Source: Octopus vulgaris
Taxonomy: Eukaryota
Direction of reading: 5' to 3'
Assembly (NCBI GenBank): GCA_951406725.2
Contig: OX597824.1
Coordinates: 49,104,001 to 49,168,000, forward strand
DNA: 64,000 nt
A model generated the notes under the pieces. That model worked only from the letters and a program-made list of their open reading frames with translations, was not told where the DNA came from and ran no database searches. Position numbers and translations under genes: made by a program. Of this stretch, positions 43,685-55,831 are shown piece after piece (the first letter of the stretch is position 1; each line of letters begins with the position of its first letter).

Positions 43685-43781
43685 GAGAAAAATGAGTGGA
43701 TATACGATGAGTTACTGGAATTTCTGGGCAATCCCTTGTTTCAAATCCCGGTGGTCACATTTCTAGAAGCTCATTGTCTCG
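43679..43781 (+). CDS. CFAP36: CFAP36/CCDC104-like, first coding exon
   Basis: ATG...CTC G|gtaag. Translates MAEKNEWIYDELLEFLGNPLFQIPVVTFLEAHCL, resembling the BART-domain N-terminus (W..E.I..FL....W..P...F.E..C) of CFAP36. Phase 1. Confidence 0.85.
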
Positions 43782-45012
43782 GTAAGAGATCATCTGTTTT
43801 TGTTTCTGTGACGGGGTGGGTATGACATAATATTGCTTCTTTAAACATTTGTGTTCATATAGATATCGATTTCGATTTTAAGTGCCCCAAAGATAAGGCA
43901 ACGAACGGAAATGAGATGCCTTTCTTGAGTAACTTATCTACGCAAACTAAAAGTAAACGTTCAAAACAAGATGGTTTATAATTCATTTATTGGTTTAAAA
44001 ACTAGCTTTTAATTTCTGGTGTCTCAAAACAAAAACTGTTTATCTGTTTAACGACGTTTAATTAAACGCTGATTAGATGCTGTTTTTGTAACTGTTCCTC
44101 ATTCAAATCCTGTCTGTTAAATTTTGGCAAGCTTTCGTTGTCTAAACATACAATCCTTTCTACTATAGACACAAGGCCAGCAATTATTAGGAAGAGGGAA
44201 TTAGTCTTTTACATCAATCCTAGTGCCCAACTTGTTTTAACGATCCTGAAAGGATGAAAGGCAAAGTCAACCTCAGGAGAATTTGAACGCGAAACATAAA
44301 GACGGATAAAATGCCACTAAACTTTTTGTCCGATGCGCTAACGATTTTGCCATTATATGCCTGAACGTATAATGGTGGCAAAAAGAGTGAAATGAACTAA
44401 AAGGAAATTCAATGAATCAAAGTGTCAGATAATTGTTAATAAAGCAGTGCCCCAGAATGGTCGCAGTCCAATGACCAAAACGAATAAAAGGCGATGATAA
44501 TTGACAATAAAATTAAGCTGAAAGTCACTCGTCAGAAAGCGATAAATGCGAGATACATTTGATTTAATTTTATTAATTGAAACTTTTATTAGTTGAAATA
44601 TAATGATTTCACAGGATATGAATGACTTGTATATTTGATGAATGGTATAAAAGAATTTTTCTGTGTTACTAACGTCAACTGACTGTAAATCAGTTTAAAT
44701 AGATTATCTGCAGTTCCAGGCATGGAGCGATATTTACATTTTATGAGATTATATGTCTTTTCTCTTGTTTGAGTATGGACCCTCCTTCGAATTATGATTA
44801 CAAATTGAAACTGGGAAATTATCGTTAGCAATCGGGGCGTTGATATTCTGAAAGGAAAGAAAAGAAAATTTTAAATTTTTAAGAAAAACTTGTGACAGAA
44901 TCTTCGTACTTTTAAACGTGTAATCTCAAAGAACATAGACAAAAGAGAAAAAAAGTAAAAGTAAAATATGGGAGTCATTATTGCAAGATTATTAACACAG
45001 GCACTGGTTCAA

Positions 45013-45230
45013 TTCCACTCCTTTATTATTAGTCAGTTGGTTAAATATCCAACTAACTAATCGATTGTTTGTTTAATTTGGTTAAACAATTAGTCAAAAC
45101 CCTACAGCAATGAAAGAGCTTTGGCAAAAAACAAAACAAAAAACAAACGACTTACTTTTAACCAAATTAAACAAACAATCGATTAGTTAATATTATATTT
45201 AACCAATTGACTAATAATAAAGGAGTGGAA
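45013..45230. mobile_element. MITE with ~75-bp TIRs
   Basis: TTCCACTCCTTTATTATTAGTCA...TTTGGTTAAA (45013-45086) versus its inverted copy at 45157-45230. Confidence 0.75.
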
Positions 45231-47409
45231 CCCCCTACACACAACAAAATTTGTTTCAACTCACTAATTCACATGAATCTTACAAACTAAATGAAAGAAA
45301 TTAAAAATAAAAAAAACACGAAGTAAAAAATTGTGGGGTGGGGTGACAAAAATCATGATCTTCGTTGTTGAAAACAGTAACGTGATGAAATTCGGATTCC
45401 GCAGTCATTCCCAAACTATCAATATTTCCTCTTATTAGGGTGGCGAGCTGACAGAACCGTTAGCTTGCCGGGCAAAATGCTTAACGGCATTTCGTCCGTC
45501 TTAACGCTCTGAGTTCAAATTCCGCCGAGGTCGATTTATCCTTTCATCCTTTCGGGTTCGATAAAATAAGTTCCAGCCGAGTACTGGGGTTGATGCAATC
45601 GACTTATCTTCTCCCCTAAAGTTCCTGGCCTTGTGCCAAAATTTGAAATCAATGTTTCCTCTTATTAAGGTGGCGAACTGGTAGAATCGTTAGCACACCA
45701 AGCAAAATGCTTAGCGGTTTTTCGTTCATCTTTACGTTACGTTCTGAGTTCAAATTTCGTCGAGGTCGACTTTGTATTTCATCCTTTCGAGGTCGACAAA
45801 ATAAGTACTTGTCGAGCACTGGGGTCGATGTAAACCAAAAGAATGCTTTGGTATGTGATGTAACGTTAGGTTCTCCAAAAAACAAAAAAAAGTGATTTTT
45901 CAGTGTCCTTATTTAGACAGTTGTTAGGCACGCCAGCAACTACTTACACAATGGGGTGTTGTTTATTAGATTACATACATATATTTCATTTTGATTCATT
46001 GCATTTCTGTTCACTTTATTGTCCACTGTACCCAATTTTTTCTTTTATTCCACTTGTTTCCAAAATAAGTACTCGTTACAAACTGAGACCGACGCAACCG
46101 TTTATACAATTTCTCTATAAAAATCGTAGGGTGGACATGATAGTTTTTTTTTTTTTTTCTAATGTGTTTGCTATATTTTGTTGAGCTATGATTTGTAAGG
46201 AAGGACTAAGTTTTGTCTTTAGAAAATTAATTATCCGTGATATTTAAATTTTGTCTGCAAAATTAGGTGCAACATGCTCTTAAGTCTTGATATTTCTGAT
46301 AAATTATTGCCTCATAAATATTTCGTTTAATTAACGAAAAATGTACTTGATTCTATTCTTGTGTAAAAAGATTTTATATCAAGGTACATTCCAACTTTGT
46401 TCTATTCTTAAATGCCAACAGCAAAGAACATTCTGGGTCCTTTCTCAGGCTGCACCACAACTTTTCTCATCATTAACTCAAATTCTGTTAGAAGAATTTT
46501 AGGGACTTTACATTCTTCCCAGGGGCGGTCATATCTCAAACCAATTTAATGATACATAAATACAACATATAGTTTTTAGCAGCTGGGATTTAACTCGGTT
46601 TCATGATCTTAAATAGAACAACTGTCGTAAATGATGCGTTCGCCGACGATTTCTTGTGGGACGAAGAACTGAGATTCATAGAGTTAAGTGCCTGATCCAG
46701 AAACTTACCAAAATCCACACAGTTGATTAGAACTGTGTTCGTAACCATTTTCCCACTCACAGTTCTTGCAATTTGTTTGATTCGGAAAGTAAGAGGTAAC
46801 ATGGAATAATGAATAAGCGAAAATTAAAATGAAGGATTAAAAAAACATTTTTTTTTAAAGCGCAGTACTCGAGAGCTGTCGATGTCTGATAAAGCTGCTC
46901 AACAAAGAATTATAAATTTTTAGTCTATTCTGCTTGTGGTGCTCAGATGCTGACTTATCTCAGAGCTTGTCTGAGAAAATGATTAAACATGAGCTGGAAA
47001 TTAAAGACAATTGCGAAAATATATTAAGGTAATAATTCTAAAATGTAGAGTAACTTGATCTTTACCTTTTATTTAGTAATATTTGGTTGCTCTTCCAAAT
47101 ATATCAAGCAATCGCAGTCTTTGTAACTACTGTAAAAGAAACGTTTTTACAGAGGTTTTATCAAAAACAAACAGAATGCGAATCATTTAAGTGAGGTGCG
47201 AAACTGTATTAGTTTCATCGGTTGATTACTTTGTCTTTTAAACAGAAAGATTTATAAAGTTTACGAGGAAATGGTATTGTCCTAAGTATGTGTTTGATTG
47301 ATTTAACCCATATTTTTAAAAATCTATACATTTCCTACGATGATTTTTCTTTTAACTTTTGTAGATTTCTTTTAAAGGAATGACATTCTATATTAACTCT
47401 TATTCATGT

Positions 47410-47913
47410 GAGTGTAGGACAAAAGCCCCACGATCATATTTTTCGATTATTTTTTCGTTTTTTTTTTCTTCACCTTTTACTTGTTTCAGTCATTAGACTG
47501 CGGCCATGCTGGAGCACCGCCTTGAAGAATTTTTAGCTGAACGTATCGATCCCCGAATTTTTTCCCTTTTTCCTTGTTACAGTTATTAGACTGCGGCCAT
47601 GCTGGGGCACCACCTTGAAGAATTTTTAGTCTAATATAACAACCCCAGAATTTTTTTATGATTTTTAATCTGCGCATAAAGTTAAGTCGAGAAAGAAAAA
47701 CAAAAATGAATTATGTCACAGAAGTGGTTTTGATCAAGCTTAAAAAAAATTCCGGGTTCCATACAACCATCTAAAAAATTTTCAAGGTGGTGCCCCAGCA
47801 TGGCCGGCCACAGTTTTAATAACTGCAACAAGTAAAAAAAATTCTGGGGTCAATACATTCAACTAAAAATTCTAAAAACGAAAAAATAACCGTGGGGCTT
47901 TTGTCCGGACTCC
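47410..47913. mobile_element. MULE/foldback-like element with 9-bp TSD carrying SINE-tail fragments
   Basis: TSD TATTCATGT at 47401-47409 and 47914-47922. TIRs GGACAAAAGCCCCACG / CGTGGGGCTTTTGTCC. Confidence 0.75.
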
Positions 47914-48190
47914 TATTCATGTACAGGCGGCGAACAGGCAGAATTATTAGAAGGTTGGACAAAATGCTTAGCGACAATACTTTCAACACTATGTTTTGGG
48001 CTCAAATACCACCTTTCATAGTTTCGGAGGTTGATCAAAATAAGTAGCAATAGAAGAATGGAGTTGGGGTAATCGACTACCTCCTTCCCTCAAAATTGCT
48101 GACCTTCGTGCCAAAATTAGAAATTCATGACTGTGTGAATGAATACGTATGTACGCACGCACATATGCCTGTATTGTTTTTTCTGTGTCC

Positions 48191-48226
48191 CTTTCTGTAG
48201 AAGAGCGTAGGCTCGAAACGTAAAAG
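48191..48226 (+). ncRNA. Minimal type I hammerhead-like motif, copy 1 of a tandem pair
   Basis: CTTT-CTGTAGA-A-GAGC(GTAG)GCTC-GAAA-CG-TA^AAAG. Stems I and II are perfect, stem III is loopless and palindromic, and A6 is replaced by U. Confidence 0.6.
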
Positions 48227-48608
48227 ACTTTTTCTATTCCTGAGCGTTATACTAATACATCTGTTTGTTTGTACTCCACCTGTCTTCGTCTTTTGTTTTT
48301 TTCGTAAACTCTCCCTATATATATCACACGCTCGCGTGGTCGCACACGTTGATCCTATCTTTTCTTACCACTACGAACTTTTCCACTGGACTCTTTACCT
48401 ATTCTTCATCTACCATTTACGGATTTGTTTGGATACTTACCCTCCGGCTGCACCTCTCCTACCTACGGATCACAGTGGACTCTACTCTTGATGAGAAATC
48501 CTTGCAATACACCACGACGTCTAAAAACCTTCGAACTTTACGTAAAACTCTCATTTTTGTCATTACTTTATTTTTATATTTATTTTTCTCTCCTTGTTTT
48601 TTCTGTCC

Positions 48609-48645
48609 CTTTCTGTAGAAGAACGTAGGCTCGAAACGTGAAGAC
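48609..48645 (+). ncRNA. Minimal hammerhead-like motif, copy 2 (mutated)
   Basis: CTTT-CTGTAGA-A-GAAC(GTAG)GCTC-GAAA-CG-TG-AAG. It lies in a ~150-bp direct repeat (48171-48320 / 48594-48741). Confidence 0.5.
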
Positions 48646-49469
48646 TTTTTCTATTCCTGAGCATTATACTAATACATCTGTTTGTTTTGTACGCCGCCTG
48701 TCTTCGTCTTTTGTGTTTTTTTTTTTCGTAAACTCTCCCTATATATATATATATATTTAGCTGCAGCAACAGAGTGACTCAAGGTCCGAGAGTTTCGTCA
48801 GCGCCAAGTTTTGTCAGTGAACAAGTCGCGGTTTCAAAGCGACGAAAATATTTTGATTATTTAATGAAATTTAAATATTAAAGTGAAACTAACGGTTTTT
48901 GTGTGTTCTTGAATGGCTTACAAACATCTTCCACGTTGTTTTTGTGTGTGTGTGTGTGTGTGTATATATACACATATATATAAGGAAAATAAGACAAGGT
49001 AGAAAATACTAAAATGATTTTATCATGAAGAACATTTTAGTACTGGTTTAAGTCTTTGCGACTTTTTCAACTTAGAGTAAAGTATGAAAAACAATTAAAT
49101 TGTGGAAAAATTAAATGTTTTTTAAAAAAAATATTTCCACAGTTTTCAAATGCAAGGGACAATTTCCTTTTTATAGTCTGTCTCTGTCTCTCTTTTTTAC
49201 TCTTGTGGGTTCAAGGTAGTTAGCAGCAGCTAGTTTGATATGAATTCTTGTCATTGATTGTTTAAGCAGTAGTAGTAGAGAAAGGGGGTGGCGAAGAAGA
49301 AGATAAAAATGCGGGAGTGGTACGACAGTAGCAGGATGTTGGTAGAATCTTCTTAAATGGTCAAATGAACTAAAAGTGACCCGTTGCGGTTGAAATAGTA
49401 ATGATTGGAATTGTTCTGAATAAATTTATGTGAAATGATTGTTTTGAATATATCGTTTTAAATATTTGC

Positions 49470-50560
49470 GTGTCTGTTATTCTAAGGCCCTGGTGATAGT
49501 GTCATTTGTAGTGGATGCATTAAAAAGGGGATTATATTTTGTGATAAAGAATGATTCTTTATTAATGCGCTGACTACAGGTTGTATCATCCCTGAATTGA
49601 TAGAGGGGGAAAGTTCTGAAGCTGGGTTGTTTGTCATTGGTGCAAAAGTCGATGTGTTCACTGAATGCTATTTTTCTGTTTTTCGGAATTTTGATCTGGG
49701 ATCTGTGCAGAGCCATCCTTTGACGTAGACTGTTTTGGGTTTGGCGTATGTATTGCTCACGACACATGTGAAGTTGCTTTTCACTATGGAACGTTGGCTC
49801 TGTTTGAAAAAGAACTCTGATCCCTCAATTAGGTTGACGATTATACCACAGTTAGGTCTGCCGCATTTTTTTACTGATGGCTTCAGTGTTGTCGTTGAAC
49901 GCATTCGGGCTTGTGTTAGGAGACTTTTCATAGATTTGGGCTGTCTTTTGCTCTTTGTGATGGTGTGCGTTTGGAGGATTTAATTCATTCTGTGGTCCCT
50001 TTTTAGTAGGGGAATGTTTTGGAGGATGGTGTCGGAGTCTTCATTGTTAAGAGGGTTGTGTGTGGAGATGTATGGTAGGGCTTTTGGTGGTAAATCCTTC
50101 TTTAATTTGGGATGTCTGAGTTCGTGGATGTTGAATTGTAGGGTACGTTGAAATCAATTAGTGATGGTGGGTAGTTCCTGGTGATGAGTGTATCCTTTAG
50201 TTCATGTAGTCGTGCGTCCCTGGTGCTTGCATTAGAAACTATAGTAAAAATCCTTTTTGCTAGGTTGAAGGGGATATTCATTCTAGTGTGTCTGGGATGG
50301 CATGAGTTGAACGGTAGATATTGCTTGTAGTCCGTGGGCTTATAGTATATATTTGTTTCTATTTCGTTGTTAGATTTCTTAATGTGGATATCGAGGAAAG
50401 GAAGTTGTTGGTGGCTATTTTCCATCGTGAATTGAATGTTTCCATCAAGTCCATTTATAAGTGCTTTAAATTCTTTAAGTCTCTCTTTACTTTCATGCCA
50501 AAGAATGAAACAGTCGTCCAGGTACCTCTTCCAGTTATTTTCTATGTAGAGGGAGAATGG
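49470..50560 (-). mobile_element. Penelope-like retroelement 3' part (RT thumb + GIY-YIG)
   Basis: WKRYLDDCF, LPFLDIHI, YYKPTDYKQYL, KKCGRPNCG, YIRQT..LRQRM..HR and KESFFI motifs. Same clade as 14290-16450. Confidence 0.88.
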
Positions 50561-50573
50561 GTATATATATATA

Positions 50574-52295
50574 CAGAGGTGGGCGCCGTTAATCGAAAAG
50601 TCAACATCGTTAATCGTTAATCCGTTATCAAAGAGTTAACTTCGTTAATCCTTTGAAAATGTAACGGAAATTAACGTTAATCCGTTAACGTTAACTTTTA
50701 ATAGAAAATAGGCATAACTACAGTTTAATACCCCACCGATTTTGTTGCCTCATAACTTCTAGAAAAATGGATACTTTTTAACAAAACTTTCACCAAATAA
50801 TCGCTTATATCCTGTAGATTGAGTATATTTAAAGATTTTTTGGAAAAAATTTTCTTAGGGGTTGTGGGGAGGAGTTTCAGAAAATTCACAGAACCCGACA
50901 TTTTCCCCCTCATAACTTTCTGGAAAATAGGTATTTTTTAATGAAATTTTATACAGAAACTTTCAAACTGTGAAGATTAGGAATACAAAGAAATTTGTAG
51001 GCAAAGTTTTTGGAAGGGTGCGAGGAGTGGGAGGAAGAATTTCTGGAAAATGGAGTTTCGGATCAGACGGCCCACATAAGTTGGAATTTTTCCGTTTTGA
51101 CGGGGATCTTTTCCAGTGTTTTTCACGAATGTCTTCAGAATGATGAGAGGCATCTTTTCACGGAATAAAAATAATAATTTTCGAAAATTTTTTTCATTCC
51201 CACCACCCCCTCATCACCCCAGTCCGAAACGATTTTGACCTTTTTTTTTCTTTACACTATGCACCTAAAACCGGTGAGAGAAACATATTCGGATTTTTTT
51301 AATGTTAATAATTTCAGAGGAAAACGTGTCATATAAGGACCATCTGGCTGATATTTTTCAATACTTTTCTCCCCATAAGCAAATTTTATGGAATGATGGT
51401 ATCAAAGTAACACACGTGTAGTCCCACCCGAGTGAGGCCGTGTTGTGTGTGTGTAAGAAAAAACACACCTAAAAGCATTTTTAGTATTCATATTAATCTG
51501 TCAAATGTAATACTTATTTGTTCGCGCTATTTTTAATTATTCAGGTTCAAGCGGGGTATCCACAATATTTGCTTGTAACTTTGTAAATTTTTTACATACA
51601 GATTTGAAATTTTGTCTGTGGGTGCTTTATATACCACTGGTATATATTTATGTAATTTTAGCTGATCTTGCTGAGTAAATTTGACTTTTATGAGCAGGTA
51701 AATTTAATTAACAGGTGTAAGAACAATAACATTATGGATAAACACTAAAATTGAAATTCTTAATGCATCTTACTTGTTTGATTTGTGGCTATGGCAACCG
51801 ACAAAAATTTTGCCATTTTTGAAGATGAGGAACATTCATTTGAATCAATTAAAATTTCGGTAAATATTTCGTACCGCGGTGTGGAATAATCTTTTCCAGT
51901 CTTTTTCGTGTGCATTCAATGTATCTGACCTCCAAACCTGCCTCAAACCACTTTTTTCAAGAACAGAAAGGTGCGAGGGGTGATAGGGACTATTCCCTCT
52001 TGACAGGACAAAGAAATTTCTCGCCGTCTTTGCAAGCAACAAGCGGGTGCATTTGGTTTCAAATCCAGGCAGGGCCAATCGTGGGCCATACAAGTTATTT
52101 ATAACAAGTGGCGTACAATATTGAATATGCTAAGACAATCTGAAAACAATAGAAACTTTTAAACGTTTGCAGGTTTTAAAGAAATTTTGGGGTTAACAGA
52201 CTTGAGTTAACGGAAGTTAATTAGTCTGATAGTGATTTTTAAAGTTAACTTAAAAGTTAAATCGTTAACGAAAATGTAACTTCATTAATTGACGA
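50574..52295. mobile_element. hAT-like non-autonomous element with GTTAA-rich subtermini and nested repeats
   Basis: Starts CAGAGGTGGG. Multiple CGTTAA/GTTAAC motifs at 50587-50697 and 52190-52270. The internal segment 50805-51100 is homologous to 27995-28230. Right TIR not seen; a Helitron abuts there. Confidence 0.5.
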
Positions 52296-52297
52296 TA

Positions 52298-52690
52298 TCT
52301 TTATATATAAAAGTCAAGTTGTGTGTCTGTCTCCTACGATTTAGATTCCTAACTACATTTTGCGGTGCAGTTTAACCAAAACCGGGTATCTTATAGTCGT
52401 AATTCATATCAAGCCCTTCTGGGTATTAGCGCGCGTCTACGATGAGTCTACGATTTAAAAAAAAATTACCATCATTTTTTTCCATTTGAATGCATTTTTT
52501 TCGCTATTATATAAGGGAAGTAACTCTCTAAAAATGTCTACGATGAGTCAACGATTTAAAAAATAATTTACCATAATTTTGTTTTCCATTTTTAATGCAT
52601 TTTTTTGCTATTTTTTGGCTATAACTCTCTAAAAATGCTTATATAGTTATTTCCCTTACAAACCCGAGCAACGCCGGGCGATACTGCTAG
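52298..52690 (+). mobile_element. Non-autonomous Helitron, complete
   Basis: A|TCTTTATATATAAAAG ... CCCGAGCAACGCCGGG ... CTAG|T. The 5' part is homologous to 18157-18390. Confidence 0.88.
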
Positions 52691-53050
52691 TATATATATA
52701 TATATATAATAATTCTTTCTACTATAGGCACATAGTTTGAAATTTGAGGAGAGGGAACTAGTCGAATACATCGACCCCGAAAGGATGAAAGGCAAAGTCG
52801 ACCACGGCGGAATTTGAACTCAGAACGTAACGGCAGACGAAATACGGCTACACATTTCGCTCGGCGTGCTAACGTCTCTGCCAGCTCGCCGCCTTGTATT
52901 ATTATTATTATTATTACTATGATTATTATAATCATCATCATCATCATTCTTTCTACTATAGGCACAAGGCCTGAAATTTCGGTGAAGGGGATTAGTCGAT
53001 TACTTATTTAATCGACCCCGAAAGGATTAAAGGTAAAGTCGACCCTGACG

Positions 53051-53088
<38 letters not shown>

Positions 53089-55831
53089 GCCCTGATGCAG
53101 TGCCAGGCAGTGACTCTCATGGCTTCTGATCTTAACTGATTGGAAGTGTTATGTACATTGTTTTGTATAAAAGATGGGCTACAGCAAATATTCTGCTCAA
53201 TACCACACATTTGCTTGTCAGTTGTTTGACCTTAACCAGTTGAGGATGTCCCTTAGAGATTGACGATATGTGCATCTCTGATCATGAGCAGAAGTAGTGG
53301 TGGAACATCACAGCCATGTGCTGAGAGGAATTCTTTGGGGGTTTGGATAATTCACCTTTAGAAACATGGGTGTTTTGTTCAACATCCTAAATAACCCTTA
53401 TTCAGAGCGGGATGGGCTACTCAACCTGAAGAAAATTCTAACTGGGCCTCACCTACAAGGTCATGTACTGTTTATCTTGGTATGAAATCCCTATGTCATG
53501 TACATATGATTTTGATGCATGTGCCAGGGTACTTGATTCCATGCAAAAAATCCAAGTATTCTTTTTTCTTAGTAAAAATCGTATGGGTGAAAAGATCAAT
53601 GGAGGTGGGGGGGGGGAAATTTCCGAGGCTTCCACCTCACCCCACCCCGTTTTTCAGACCCAAAAAAGGGTTTTGTAGCATATTAGAAGGTGCCAGAATT
53701 CATTCAATGATAAAAAAAAAAAAATTCTCATGATTCCGGGATATAGGGATGTCCAGTCCTACACACACACACACACTTTTTATTTCAAACAAAAATAAGA
53801 GGTTTGCAGCATATTAGGAGGTCAGAGTACTTGATTCCATGCAAAAAAATCTGAGTTTTTTTTTTCTTAGTGAAAATCGTGCAGGTGAAAGGATCAAATA
53901 ATACCATACTGCTAGCTATTTTATTGACTTCGAAGTGATGAAAGCAAAGTGAAATCTTGTGAGATCTAAACTTTGAACACATGTGGACGAAACTAAATAC
54001 AGCAAAGCATTTAATCTGATAACTATATCATTTCATTTCGTTTTTGTATTTGGATTGCAAGATTCTTTATGTGAATTCGTGTCTTGAAGCATATTTTATT
54101 GTGTCTGGGGAGAGTCATTCTCTTTTAGTGGCCTATTACTTAATACACTCACTTGGTTGATTTCCACTCATTTACTTATTTATATTTTTCTAAAATTTTC
54201 ATTGCATCTTGCTACCTTTTCAGTAGTTGTCAATGACTATTGAAAATTTTTCCTCCCCTCTTTCCTTTTCACTTTGTTTTTGTATATTGACGACTTATAT
54301 TCGCCAGTCTCATGTACAGATTTTATCTTGTAATATACAAGTTTTTAGCTGTTGCTGTGATATTGATTGAACATATGTAATCATTATCTCCCTTTCTTTA
54401 TCTATCTGTAGACAGAAAAAAGGGGTTGGCTAGGCTTAGCTTGGTTTCAATTGAGGTCTTTTGAAAGCCAACACACTTTCATTCGTCAATCTGCAGTGAA
54501 AGATAACTAATGGCTGTTTTTCACTACGAAATATAACTTCACAAAATCGGTTTTCCAATGTGCATAGTGTTTTCACTGGCTTATAATCAATTATTTAATT
54601 ATTGGGGCTTTAAGCACATGCTGTTTAGAGCATCAATGATTAAATAATTTTCTATGACTACGTACTCAGCACAAACAGGATTTGCGCAGCTTGGCCTAAC
54701 CAAATAGGTGCAGTCATTGGTTATAAATAAGCACTATGCTATATCTCTCTCCAGGGACAAAAGTGGGTGTGCAGTCGCTAAAGAGATTCCAATGCCTCTT
54801 TTTCTGTCCCCAGAGAAATACAAAATACATTTAACATTTGTCCAAGTGTATTCAGTTACATATCACAGCAATGGCTAAAAATTTATCCTAACTATTAAAT
54901 GTATATTTCAAAGTATACCAGATCACAGATCTTCAAAATTGAACCCATGTTTTATTTTATTTTTTTGAGTACTTAATTCCAGATACCTTAGTGTACCTAG
55001 CTGTAGGGGACAAGGTAACAGTTTAGTTAAATGTGTTACCTACAATGAAATAGGATTTTATCCAAGAGGCAGTTTTTGGTCTGCTCTGTTTAATGGCATC
55101 AATCCAAAATTAAGCATCTATATGAGAGCCCTTTGACATATTCATATTTCTGTTTTGCAGCTGTTATCTCCACTCCACCAAAGAGTAGATAGTGAACAGA
55201 ATTGAATGCTTCTAGGATTTTTTCAGTAGCTTACTAGTTGAAAGGTCAATGATACATGATCTATCATTGGTGTTGTGTTAGTTATTTCTTATTTTAGCTA
55301 CCATTGTTTGGTGAATTTCACTGGTGTTCAATTTACTTCCATCTGAAATGTTCAGATCTTCCAATAAGTAACATCTACACTAAACTAGCTTAGTATCCAA
55401 ACTGAAGAATTACATTATCAATAACTTTAATAGGAAAACTGGAATAAGCTCCACTACTACATGACATCTTCCAGTAATGATGGAGAATAAAATGAAAAAG
55501 AAAAAGGAAAGTGTTTTCATGAAGCGCAAGATTTCATAATCACAATTTCTCTAGCTACAACAGATGAAAGACAGACATTACCATAGAATACAGGCATCTT
55601 GCAAGTAATTTTATTCAGAGCCTGGTTCTCTTGTAATCATCTCTACCCTCACATCACATGACCAAACCAATACAGTTGTCTCCTGCACACTTCAGTTGAT
55701 GCTTTTAAAGCCAAACCACTCTCTTAATTCTCTTGTGCTCTACTTTAATGCAATTCTTATCACAAGCTGCCGAAAAGGCTTCCATGGAACCTAATACTAC
55801 AATGAAACTAAATACATATAGATGTATTTCT

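Noticed and set aside
49040-49075. Minus-strand TTGAAAA-AGTC(GCAAA)GACT-TAAA hammerhead-like layout, and a similar one near 54185-54225
   Set aside because: Several catalytic core positions differ and stems I/III could not be formed.
53529-53898. ~70-bp direct repeat pair (53529-53600, 53827-53898)
   Set aside because: Looks like internal repetition of an unclassified interspersed repeat, with no LTR, ribozyme or coding features.
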